Virus record (IMG/VR): IMGVR_UViG_3300012931_000042
Coordinates: 1 to 38,807 of that record
DNA from: a virus
DNA length: 38,807 bases
Direction: 5' to 3' (one strand)
Part shown: in pieces, positions 1-8,383 of the stretch
Layout of the letters: every line of letters starts with the position of its first letter
How positions within the stretch are numbered: the first letter of the stretch is position 1
Made by a program: the position numbers and the translations under genes
The notes under the pieces: model-generated
Seen by the model: only the letters and a program-made list of their open reading frames with translations
What the model was told of the DNA's origin: nothing
Database searches by the model: none

Positions 1-123
1 AATTTTTATACAACGACTGAGCTTTTTCCGCGATTAGTTTTAACGGACTGTTCTTTAAAGCGCCCAAAACTGCTCCTCCAACTCCGCCCGCAACTCTTAA
101 CGGAGCTTCAATTGCCGCAGAGC
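1..123. repeat. Terminal direct repeat (left copy). Identical to 38685-38807, so this is the assembly overlap of a circular or circularly permuted genome.
   Basis: Read directly: aatttttatacaacgactgagc...attgccgcagagc occurs at both window ends, 123/123 identical. Confidence 0.95.
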
Positions 124-610
124 CTAGTCCCATTAGCGCCGCGTTTTTTAATTTGTCTTCATCAGACGCTATGCCTTCATAGCCTGCCGCTAGCGCTGAA
201 TTTCTTGCAATGCTAGGGATTGTCTTGCTTGACCCTAAATAATTCGCTAGAGACGCTGCGCGAGGGCCTATTTTTCCAGCTGATCCGATTAATGTTTTAA
301 TAGCCGGGGCGCCTAAGGCAGTTGAGAGCAAAAAGTCTAATCCTGATCCGAATGCTCCTCCAGTTTTGTACGCGATGTCATTTTGCTCTGGTCTTCTTTC
401 TACTTTCATCCCTTTCGCCCAGCTCATGCCCGGTAGAATGCCAATGGCATTTGCAAAAAAGTTTCGCATCTCATCTCCAGCTCCGAGTGTTGCCAAGACT
501 TGCGGAGAATTTACAATCTTGTTCAAAAGAGTTTGACGTACTTTTGGGCCGGAATCTGGGATAAAACCGAGGTCTTCTTCTGGCGTATCGTCTGGGATAA
601 AATCTATCAT
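1..610 (-). CDS. N-terminal part of a ~603-aa internal virion/ejection protein (P22 gp16-like by size and position). It continues across the junction into 37483..38684.
   Basis: ATG at 610-608, 2 nt after the TAA (613-615) of the upstream gene. Hand translation MIDFIPDDTPEEDLGFIPDSGPKVRQTLLNKIVNSPQVLATLGAGDEMRNFF... has no stop down to base 1. It is in frame with track ORF 37483..38751 through the repeat (610-67=543). The track start at 38751 is an internal TTG. Confidence 0.6.
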   Translation of the reverse strand, partial: MIDFIPDDTPEEDLGFIPDSGPKVRQTLLNKIVNSPQVLATLGAGDEMRNFFANAIGILPGMSWAKGMKVERRPEQNDIAYKTGGAFGSGLDFLLSTALGAPAIKTLIGSAGKIGPRAASLANYLGSSKTIPSIARNSALAAGYEGIASDEDKLKNAALMGLGSAAIEAPLRVAGGVGGAVLGALKNSPLKLIAEKAQSLYKN

Positions 611-612
611 GT

Positions 613-2010
613 TTAAACCTTTTCATATCCTTTTTCCAAAGCTTCTCGCAGGTTTGCTTCAGAGATTGTTCCGGATTTTCCGTTCGGTCCGATAACCTTT
701 ACTCTTTTTTGCCCTTGATCTCTCGGGGTCAAATAGTCAACTTTCGTATAGTCCGGATAATCTCCGTGCTTCTTTTTTTGAATTCGTTCATAAACTCCTT
801 GGACTTTTGGCTCGGCCGCGCTTTGAGCGGCTTTGCCTTGTTGGTAAAGCATCTTAACACTTCGATTGAACAATTTTTTTGCTGTTTCTGGGCTGAGTTC
901 ATCGGCGTGCTCAATCGCATATAGAAGATTTCTCATTTCCTCTCTCTGTTCGTTGGTTGCGCCGAGCCCCTCTTGTTTTTTTATCATATTTACTATTGAA
1001 GTTACGAAGTCATTCTTCGCCCATTTGTACAAGTCGTAGTCTTTTTGAGAGAAGCCTGCCATTTCTTCTCCAGCTTCAATTTTTCTCTTTATCTCTTTTG
1101 GCAAAGATGCGAATTTGTCAAAATATCGATTTATATCTTCCGAATGAGCGGCCTGGTTCTCAATTAACCAGTCTTCAAGAGCGATTGCTCCTTCTGCTTT
1201 CATTCTGGTGTTTGTCGTTACAGCTCTTTTGTTCAAGTCATACTGAGTGTTCAGAGCCATATCTTCTGATTGTTCTTTTGACGACGCAAATTTTTGAGTT
1301 GATTCGGTGACAGGTTGTTCAATATCTTTTGAGATTTTCGCGTCTTCTTTTAATCTTTCTTGATTTTTTTGTTCTTTCGCTGGAGGTTGATAACCAGGGA
1401 TTAAATCTGAAATAGATTTTGTTATCAAATCTTGCATGTCTCCTTCATTTCCGGCCTGTTCTCCGGATCCTTTTTCGCTTACAAGTTGATTCGCCATCTC
1501 ATCTACTAATGAGTTATACTGTTCTTGATTATTTGCAATATATTGTTGACCTTGATCTTTCATCAAAGATAACATCTTAGACAGTTCGTATGCTTTTCCA
1601 AACCTAGATGTTTTTCGTTGAGATTCTTGCGAGTCTAGAAGAGCTCTCAACGGAGACAATCTATTTTGTATTTCTTTCCCTACAACGTTTGCTTCGGCTT
1701 GGCGTCCGGCAAAAGGTAACTCGGCTTGAGCTCGTTGATTCTCGATTTGCGTCCGAAGAATTTGGGACTTTTGATCTTCGTCTAAATTTTCGCTAGTGAT
1801 TGTTTGAATCAAGGCTTCTGCTTTTGCTTTTTGGTCCCAATACGGTTGCTCAGTTTGAGCCTTCTGGTTTTGGAGTTGCCCTTGCAAGACTTGATTGCGC
1901 AAAAGATCTCCGAGATATCTGTTTCGAACACTGTTCTCAACACCTTGTTGCGCGCCCTGCAATCCTGAAATTAAAGGACTTCTACTTATATCAAAATCTG
2001 GTAAAACCAT
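613..2010 (-). CDS. Internal virion/ejection protein (P22 gp20-like by size and order), 465 aa
   Basis: Q/E/K-rich, largely helical-looking sequence. It is the middle gene of a 213/465/603-aa trio placed after the tail-hub genes, as in P22 genes 7-20-16. Confidence 0.45.
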   Translation of the reverse strand: MVLPDFDISRSPLISGLQGAQQGVENSVRNRYLGDLLRNQVLQGQLQNQKAQTEQPYWDQKAKAEALIQTITSENLDEDQKSQILRTQIENQRAQAELPFAGRQAEANVVGKEIQNRLSPLRALLDSQESQRKTSRFGKAYELSKMLSLMKDQGQQYIANNQEQYNSLVDEMANQLVSEKGSGEQAGNEGDMQDLITKSISDLIPGYQPPAKEQKNQERLKEDAKISKDIEQPVTESTQKFASSKEQSEDMALNTQYDLNKRAVTTNTRMKAEGAIALEDWLIENQAAHSEDINRYFDKFASLPKEIKRKIEAGEEMAGFSQKDYDLYKWAKNDFVTSIVNMIKKQEGLGATNEQREEMRNLLYAIEHADELSPETAKKLFNRSVKMLYQQGKAAQSAAEPKVQGVYERIQKKKHGDYPDYTKVDYLTPRDQGQKRVKVIGPNGKSGTISEANLREALEKGYEKV

Positions 2011-2019
2011 ATACTACCC

Positions 2020-2661
2020 TTAAAATCCAAGCAACAAAGAAGAAACCATATCTCCTGCTGTTCCTCCAAGGAAGGAGTTTGCCTCTTGGTTTTGCAGAGC
2101 TTCTTTCCATGCCATGTTCCCTTGGGTTCCAAGCAATGATGCTAAATCTTCTGCCAATGTTCCGGAAGCCTTAAAGCCCATTTCGTTTAACCCGCTTAGT
2201 CCGTTAAGACCTGTTTGATAAAGACCCAATTGTTGGGAAAGATAGTTATAAAAATCTTGGTTAGACAAATTTGTTGCAATAGATGCTGAGTTTTGTTGGG
2301 CTTGAGGCGTTCCGGCCATCCCACCTGCCGATGCGGCTTGATTCGCTGCTTGCGTTCCTTGGTTCAGCTGCCATTGATATCCTGGAGATTGCTGAAAATT
2401 CTGCCCAAGCTTTGAAAGCATTTGAGACGGATTCGAAACAAGATTGTTATATTGGGTATTGAGCGTGCCTAAAGCCTGAGTTCCGGTGTTAACATAAGGA
2501 TTGTAGTAAGATTTCAACGTGTCAGGAATCTTGTTTAAATATTTGTTTGCCTCGTCTGATGCATCCGAAGAAAGCATATATCCAAGGTATGCCCCAACAT
2601 TCCCTAACCCAGATGATGAACTTTTGTACAAAGATGACGAATTGTTCGTTGAGTTTTGCAT
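2020..2661 (-). CDS. Internal virion/ejection protein (P22 gp7-like by size and order), 213 aa, Q/N/S/G-rich
   Basis: Low-complexity Gln/Asn/Gly-rich ORF, first gene of the trio. Confidence 0.4.
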   Translation of the reverse strand: MQNSTNNSSSLYKSSSSGLGNVGAYLGYMLSSDASDEANKYLNKIPDTLKSYYNPYVNTGTQALGTLNTQYNNLVSNPSQMLSKLGQNFQQSPGYQWQLNQGTQAANQAASAGGMAGTPQAQQNSASIATNLSNQDFYNYLSQQLGLYQTGLNGLSGLNEMGFKASGTLAEDLASLLGTQGNMAWKEALQNQEANSFLGGTAGDMVSSLLLGF

Positions 2662-2662
2662 A

Positions 2663-2929
2663 TCATTCGACCTTTATCGTTTTGATTTCACCGTTTATGT
2701 TAACTTTTAGCGCATGGTTTGTTTTGTCGTAAAACGTTGCGCCGAGAGAGTTCTCTCCTGTAAATTTATCTATGTCTTCTGAGGCCTGTTGAGGGAAAAC
2801 AACGCCAGAGTCGTTTGATGCGTTTTGTTGCAACTCTGAAAACAATTGATTTAACGTGTTTTTCCACACATCTGTTAACTTTCCTTCCTTGTCTACCATC
2901 TCAGTATCGATAAAATTAGGTATATTCAT
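2663..2929 (-). CDS. Small virion-module protein, 88 aa (sits where P22 has gp26/gp14)
   Basis: Its start overlaps the stop of the upstream gp10-like gene by 4 nt (2926-2929), and its own stop lies 1 nt before the start of the downstream gene (2661). Function is inferred from position only. Confidence 0.35.
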   Translation of the reverse strand: MNIPNFIDTEMVDKEGKLTDVWKNTLNQLFSELQQNASNDSGVVFPQQASEDIDKFTGENSLGATFYDKTNHALKVNINGEIKTIKVE

Positions 2930-4467
2930 TGTTGTACACTCACAGTTCCATCGCTGATGACAAAACGGCCAAAGCCCCAGAATCTAAATTGAGGTATAAA
3001 GTCGTTACCCCACCCTAACTGATAGTAGCTGAATCTGTTTCTTCTGTACGTTTTTTTGTTCAAATTTTTACCAAGTGAATTTCCGAAACTTTCTCCTCCA
3101 TCCTTTGACATAGAGAGATCAATCCTTGGCATTTCTGGATTTTCCAAGACAAACGTTTGATTCATCGTGTCTAATTCCAGATTTAGTGGAAATCCATCTT
3201 CTTGCAACAAAGGCGATCCATCCTCTAACAAAATTGAATACATATCTTGCTGTTGAGAAGGGAAATCAATCATTCCTTGCTCTAACGTGAATGTTAATCT
3301 CGGAACCGAAAAAAAAGATGAATCTGGGAATCTTATACTTTCGCAAATCCTAATTCTTGGGATCTCTTGCCCATCGCAATCGGTATAACTTGGGTCGAGG
3401 GAATATAAACACCCATCATTAAGACTTACGAAAACATAAGATTTATTAAAAAAAACCAATGATCTCACCGGATGATAATTCATGTCCGGATCTGTCAAAT
3501 TGAACAACATGTCTGTTGTAAAATCGTAAACAAATGAGAAGTTATCTTTGTAAAACGAGACTTGATAGAGCAGATGACCATCTTGTTTGAACAAAAAACC
3601 ACAACTCTTCTCAGGATACGACAGTTGGGACAACTTAAAGTTAATTCCATCTTTTGTTATTTGTTTTATCGTTCCTCCATCGCTAACCATTAATGCTGGG
3701 CCAGACTTTTCGTTCGTTCCGATCCATGCAACGAAGGTATCTGAACTTGCAATTGTTGCCGGAGAAAGACACCCATAATCTATATTGAAAGCTCCAGTTC
3801 GTTTATAGGGAAACAATGTGTTCCCAACATCGACCCATAGCTCAGTCACTTTTTGACCGAAGATTAAGAGATTGCTACCCTTTCCAGGAATGCGAACGCA
3901 AGCCATTGTTACATCAGGCTTAGATTGAAATCCTCCAACATGTTGAGTGTCGTAAGTCCAAGTTAGTCCGTCATTGAGCCCGGAAAGCCTCCATTGATGG
4001 GCTTCGCTTACCGTCGCAATAAAATATCCATCTTGAAAACAAACGTATCCAGGGATGAAATCTAGTTCAGCCTTCTGAAACGTACTGTATTCATAATTGT
4101 AAATCCAAATGTCTTTCTTATCGCAAATGGCGATTTCAGAGTTGTTGTTTTCGTCGACAAAAACATCTCCAGCCGTTGTTTCCAATGTCCCTAATTTGAC
4201 AAAATTGTAATTTGTATCGACGAGATATACTGTGTTGTAAATAACAACGATTAATTTTTCCAATGCAGAACTCAAAAAACAACAACGTCCTTTACCAGCT
4301 GAAGTTATTTCGACGATCTTTTTATATCCGGAATAAGGAACCAACCATCCGTCAGAAATGATCATGTTATAGGTTTTTGCGGACGAAATTTTTGGATATC
4401 TACCAAAAGTAGAAGATCCTGTGAGTTTCAATTCCAGTTCTTGCGCATTAGCTGAATGCCCTCTCAT
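2926..4467 (-). CDS. Packaged-DNA stabilisation / tail hub protein (P22 gp10-like), 513 aa
   Basis: Size and sequence pattern recall P22 gp10 (about 472 aa). The N-terminal '...DGWLVPYSGYKK...' resembles 'SGYLRSFPGITK', and the C-terminal '...RRNRFSYYQLGWGNDFIPQFRFWGFGRFVISDGTVSV' resembles the gp10 tail. It follows a gp4-like gene. Confidence 0.5.
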   Translation of the reverse strand: MRGHSANAQELELKLTGSSTFGRYPKISSAKTYNMIISDGWLVPYSGYKKIVEITSAGKGRCCFLSSALEKLIVVIYNTVYLVDTNYNFVKLGTLETTAGDVFVDENNNSEIAICDKKDIWIYNYEYSTFQKAELDFIPGYVCFQDGYFIATVSEAHQWRLSGLNDGLTWTYDTQHVGGFQSKPDVTMACVRIPGKGSNLLIFGQKVTELWVDVGNTLFPYKRTGAFNIDYGCLSPATIASSDTFVAWIGTNEKSGPALMVSDGGTIKQITKDGINFKLSQLSYPEKSCGFLFKQDGHLLYQVSFYKDNFSFVYDFTTDMLFNLTDPDMNYHPVRSLVFFNKSYVFVSLNDGCLYSLDPSYTDCDGQEIPRIRICESIRFPDSSFFSVPRLTFTLEQGMIDFPSQQQDMYSILLEDGSPLLQEDGFPLNLELDTMNQTFVLENPEMPRIDLSMSKDGGESFGNSLGKNLNKKTYRRNRFSYYQLGWGNDFIPQFRFWGFGRFVISDGTVSVQQ

Positions 4468-5174
4468 TACTCTCCTCTCCAGCCTTTCCCAATATTAATG
4501 TCACCATAATTAAAATATAGGGTTGCGCCCATCGTTGAAATGGTCTTAATCGAAAGATCCATCTCGCTCATGTTAGATCGAATTTGCAATTCTAGAGATT
4601 TAAGCCTGTTTTTTGCTTGAGTAGGGAAGGTTGCGTTTATTTCATCACAAATAAATTCAGCCAACGCATATCGGAGATACGTTAAATAGACTCGGTCATA
4701 TGTCAAAGACATATCAGTATTAAGAGTCACATTTGATAAGGCAAATTTCCCCCAAAGTTTCATTGGATAGATGTCTCCAGGAGAAAAATATAGATAGATA
4801 TTTGTTCCTCCAAGGACTCTCTCGGCCCTAAATTTTACAGGTAATGCATTAATACCATCAATTCTTCCTCCTCCGAAATAATCATATCTTGTCGATTTTA
4901 TCGAAGGAAATCTTGCTGAATCAATGTTGAACGTCAAAAATTCGGTAGAAACCAAGTTTTGGACAAAATACATTTCTTGGCCAATAACGCTATTGAAATC
5001 ATATTCCTTGAAATAGCTGATTAGTCCCTGGTCTGCGACTTTCATTTCTAATAAGTCATTCAGCAGGCTCAAGCCTATTGCAATATCGTCTTTTGTTGGT
5101 TCTTCAGCACCTCTCGAGATCTTGTTTGAGAGATATAGGCTTTGAATGATTAATTCACGAGCTGTATAGGCCAT
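4467..5174 (-). CDS. Head-to-tail adaptor (P22 gp4-like), 235 aa
   Basis: N-terminus 'ARELIIQSLYLSNKISRGAEEPTKDDIAIGLSLLNDLLEMKVADQGLI' parallels gp4 'DLVRAALRKLGVAS...[21 protein letters not shown]'. It lies immediately upstream of the gp10-like gene. Confidence 0.45.
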   Translation of the reverse strand: MAYTARELIIQSLYLSNKISRGAEEPTKDDIAIGLSLLNDLLEMKVADQGLISYFKEYDFNSVIGQEMYFVQNLVSTEFLTFNIDSARFPSIKSTRYDYFGGGRIDGINALPVKFRAERVLGGTNIYLYFSPGDIYPMKLWGKFALSNVTLNTDMSLTYDRVYLTYLRYALAEFICDEINATFPTQAKNRLKSLELQIRSNMSEMDLSIKTISTMGATLYFNYGDINIGKGWRGE

Positions 5175-5175
5175 A

Positions 5176-7503
5176 TTAGTTGTTCACTTGCCAATGAAAT
5201 GAGGATTTTTCGATGGTTATAGAATTTGACCCCGGAGCAAAAGTTCCTGCGCTCGTTGTGCTAACGATAGTGATCGCGCCGGCAGAAGATACTTTAAATC
5301 TAGCCCAAACATAGGTAGATGAAAAATAGAGCATCACCGGGAACGATCTATCTGTTGTTGGGTAAAATCTACTTGGGATCGTTGTTACAACTGCAATTGA
5401 AGTAGTCGATGCATTTCCAGTCATTGAAGCTAAGGTCGGAAAATCGCAAAAGCATATCTGGCCAATTTGGTGGAAATTTAAATAAATAGTGTATGTGCTA
5501 CTCGCAAAAGGGCCTGTGAGATAAGAAGAAAACGAGGTTGCTCCTTCGTATCTGTTGAGAAGAGTTTGAGTTCCTCCGGTTGCTACTGGCAAATATATTC
5601 CAGTGCCTGCATAAAGGCTCTTTGCTGCTGAAACGCCTCCTAGAGTTTCAATGGCTCCCGCGCCACTTGCGGCATCCGTTGCATCGTTAACATATATTTT
5701 TTTTGCAGCAGTTAATCCGCCAGCGGTATAAATTGAACCAGCAGAGCTTGTTGCTTCAGTCGTCGAATTTACATATACATTTGAAGCAGTAGTGATTCCG
5801 CCAGCGGTATAAATAGCTCCAGCAGAACTTGTTGCTGCTGTTGTCGAATTCACATAGATATTTGAAGCAGTAGCGATTCCGCCAACGGTATAAATAGCTC
5901 CAGCAGAGCTTGTTGCTTCAGTTGTCGAATTTACTGTAACTGAATCACCTGATGTTTTCGGGCTCAAAACTGTAGATGATCTAGACCATTGAGCATATTC
6001 GGAGATTTCGTTTACGGCGCCGACAATAGTTTTATTTGTTGTTGTAAATGAAGTATTTGAAGTATCTCCGAGCAAAATTGCTGTTGTAACATTTGGATCT
6101 TTTAATCCACTTGTTATCGTTAATGCTGAACTTAATGTTTTTGCGCCAGCAATCGTTTGAGCTGAATCATTAATGTGCCCGAAGGTTACTCCGCTTGCGG
6201 CCTCGACAAAGTGATCGGTCCACGTTATACCAGAAGAAATCGTCGAAAGATCGTCTACTCCAGTCAACAGCCTTGATTGAGGATCTATGTAACAATTACT
6301 TGTGTTTGAAACAGTAAAATATGGTGGAAGCTGAGTGTTTGTTATTGAAACAATGTTGTTTTCGGAACTCGATAGCATTTGCGTTGTGACATTGCTATTA
6401 AATATGCAATTGTCGATTCGACCAAAAGCATATGTGATAACTGTTGTTCCAAAATAACACTTTTCGGCTGCAGTAAAAAATACCGATCCGTAAACATCAG
6501 ATCCCGATGTATATGGAAAATTAATTGTTCCGCCACTATGAATCGACGAAAAATAACAGCCATAAAGCGAAACTCTAAATTGAGATTCGTTATTTGATTC
6601 AGATGAATATGCGAAATTTCCGAGTAAATTAACGTTTTGGAGAGTTATGTAGGCATAGTGCATTGTGCTATTGCTTACATCTCCGATTAGGAAGTCACCT
6701 GTTATTGTCCACGATGATTTTTTATTAAAAGTAGACGACCCAAACGGTCCATCATTTGCATATTCGTTTTCGACGAGAAATGATAGGGCCGGAGAGGAAA
6801 TAAGAGTTGAATATTCTTCTGGACGATTAAGGTTATAAGTTATGTTTCGATCTGTACCTCCCATGAGGCCTAAATAAACAGGGCCTCTCGCAATAAAATG
6901 GATAATTCTTGGTGTTATCGACCCAGGGAAGGTGATGTCTTCGTCATAAAACCCACTATAAACGTAGATCTTGTATGCGACATATTTATCGGTAGAAGAT
7001 GAAACATCTAAAGCAGGGATTGCATTAATTGCGTCCATGATCGAAGTGTAAGGACTGTTTTGCGATCCGTTTTGAATCGTTCCTGTATATGAAATATCAA
7101 CGAAAATAGTGTTAACTACTGAAGTCAAAGGCGCTTTATCGGAGTCAAGAGTATCAAGATCTGTTTTTAACTCATTGATTCCTCCAACGATTGTTTTATT
7201 TGTTGTTGTTAAAGAGGTATTCGATGAATCGCCGAGCAAAATAGAAGTTGTAACATTTGCGTCTTCGAGTCCTCCTGTGGCAATAATTGGAGCGCTGAAA
7301 GTTTTAATTCCAGTAATAGTTTCAGCGCCATCCAGATGGACAACATCATCGTCTAATCCACCAATAACCAAAGAATAGGTTATCTTTTTGCTAACTAGTT
7401 TCCCGGTCGTTGAGTCTGATTGAGAAATAACGAACAAATCCGTTGATTTTATTTCTGTTGCAGATTCAAGATTCGAGACAATCTTGCCATCTAGATTTGC
7501 CAT
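5176..7503 (-). CDS. Tail fibre / receptor-binding protein, 775 aa, with a beta-helix-like middle and 27-aa tandem repeats
   Basis: N-terminal anchor motif shared with the 899-aa protein. It has a duplicated shaft motif and four 27-aa repeats 'VNSTTEATSSAGAIYTxGGIxTASNxY'. The sequence is Ser/Thr/Asn/Gly-rich. Confidence 0.7.
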   Translation of the reverse strand: MANLDGKIVSNLESATEIKSTDLFVISQSDSTTGKLVSKKITYSLVIGGLDDDVVHLDGAETITGIKTFSAPIIATGGLEDANVTTSILLGDSSNTSLTTTNKTIVGGINELKTDLDTLDSDKAPLTSVVNTIFVDISYTGTIQNGSQNSPYTSIMDAINAIPALDVSSSTDKYVAYKIYVYSGFYDEDITFPGSITPRIIHFIARGPVYLGLMGGTDRNITYNLNRPEEYSTLISSPALSFLVENEYANDGPFGSSTFNKKSSWTITGDFLIGDVSNSTMHYAYITLQNVNLLGNFAYSSESNNESQFRVSLYGCYFSSIHSGGTINFPYTSGSDVYGSVFFTAAEKCYFGTTVITYAFGRIDNCIFNSNVTTQMLSSSENNIVSITNTQLPPYFTVSNTSNCYIDPQSRLLTGVDDLSTISSGITWTDHFVEAASGVTFGHINDSAQTIAGAKTLSSALTITSGLKDPNVTTAILLGDTSNTSFTTTNKTIVGAVNEISEYAQWSRSSTVLSPKTSGDSVTVNSTTEATSSAGAIYTVGGIATASNIYVNSTTAATSSAGAIYTAGGITTASNVYVNSTTEATSSAGSIYTAGGLTAAKKIYVNDATDAASGAGAIETLGGVSAAKSLYAGTGIYLPVATGGTQTLLNRYEGATSFSSYLTGPFASSTYTIYLNFHQIGQICFCDFPTLASMTGNASTTSIAVVTTIPSRFYPTTDRSFPVMLYFSSTYVWARFKVSSAGAITIVSTTSAGTFAPGSNSITIEKSSFHWQVNN
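5611..5934 (-). repeat. Four in-frame 81-nt tandem repeats inside the fibre gene
   Basis: Units at 5934-5854, 5853-5773, 5772-5692 and 5691-5611. They are nearly identical at DNA level (…ccgccagcggtataaatagctccagcaga…). Confidence 0.85.
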
Positions 7504-7514
7504 ATTTCATAACC

Positions 7515-8255
7515 TTATAGAGAATCTCGGTACCCACTGACAAAAATTGTCACAGCATCCGAAGAGGATGTAACGTGATAGTAAATCGCTCCAACGCTAT
7601 TGCACGGGATCATAACTTCGCCAACCGTTGCTTTCGTGGCCACATCTCCTTGGACTGCCGCAATAGAAGGAGTCGTTGTGTCCGTCGCCAAGTAAACCGC
7701 GTCCGCCGCAGTGGCAGGAGTCAACGAGCATCGAACACGGACTTCAGTAGACCAAGCTGGGACACAATCTGTTAAGTCAACTGCTGTTGCGCTCGTCGAT
7801 GCACCAGACGACAAGACAGAAACAGGAGAGGTGTAAACCATCGATCTTTCGAAAGAGTTACCGACTTGGAAAAACGGAGCCAAGCTACTAGAAATATAAT
7901 AGATAGACCCAATCCTCTTAAAAACATCATAATTAGATGGAAGAGTTGGAGCATCGTCAGACAATGAAGCTAAAACAGCAGGATCTTGGGCCAAAGTAGA
8001 ATCATTAATCACAAAAACGTGATACAAATTTGGTCCGGAAACTGTTCCAGTATCTAATCCATTGATCACTCCACTCTGGGTTAAATCCAACGTTAGCGCC
8101 GCATCCAAAGTGATATCATAATTGTTCAACGAATCTCTCGTTGTTCCGGCAGAAACCGTGATTTTTGACGAGGAAACATAGGCTAATTGCAATCCTGTAA
8201 TATTAGGATAGACAAAATTGTAGGCTTGAACTCGAGGGCCAAGAGAATTTGACAT
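7515..8255 (-). CDS. Hypothetical virion protein, 246 aa (directly downstream of the capsid gene)
   Basis: Strong RBS (aaggagaaaaaaATG). Ser/Thr/Val-rich, beta-type sequence. It lies in the structural operon. Confidence 0.5.
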   Translation of the reverse strand: MSNSLGPRVQAYNFVYPNITGLQLAYVSSSKITVSAGTTRDSLNNYDITLDAALTLDLTQSGVINGLDTGTVSGPNLYHVFVINDSTLAQDPAVLASLSDDAPTLPSNYDVFKRIGSIYYISSSLAPFFQVGNSFERSMVYTSPVSVLSSGASTSATAVDLTDCVPAWSTEVRVRCSLTPATAADAVYLATDTTTPSIAAVQGDVATKATVGEVMIPCNSVGAIYYHVTSSSDAVTIFVSGYRDSL

Positions 8256-8275
8256 TTTTTTCTCCTTATAGAGTT

Positions 8276-8295
8276 AGGCCTCTGAAAAGAGGCCT
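8276..8295 (-). terminator. Perfect hairpin aggcctc-tgaaaa-gaggcct between the capsid gene and the next gene
   Basis: 7-bp GC-rich stem read directly. There is no clean U-run on the minus strand, so it may be an attenuator or mRNA-stabilising structure. Confidence 0.4.
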
Positions 8296-8310
8296 TTAAA
8301 ATTCGACTTA

Positions 8311-8372
8311 CCAAAACCGAATTCGGTTTTGCCTAAACCGAATCGGTTTTACCAAAACCGAATTCGGTTTTG
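8311..8372. repeat. Three tandem ~21-bp units, each a palindrome (AAAACCGAATTCGGTTTT)
   Basis: Perfect 18-nt palindromes at 8313-8330 and 8354-8371. Between them is an imperfect copy (aaaccgAATcggttt) at 8335-8349. Confidence 0.85.
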
Positions 8373-8383
8373 ATCTCTTTTAT

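Noticed and set aside
322-2174. Plus-strand ORFs 322..564, 709..924, 957..1310, 1608..1796 and 1800..2174. The same applies to similar antisense ORFs inside other large genes, such as 6379..6597, 7109..7378, 14430..14874, 17804..18499 and 23191..24046.
   Set aside because: All lie antisense to, or nested within, much longer coherent genes. They have odd Leu/Ser/Phe/Cys-rich composition and lack RBSs.
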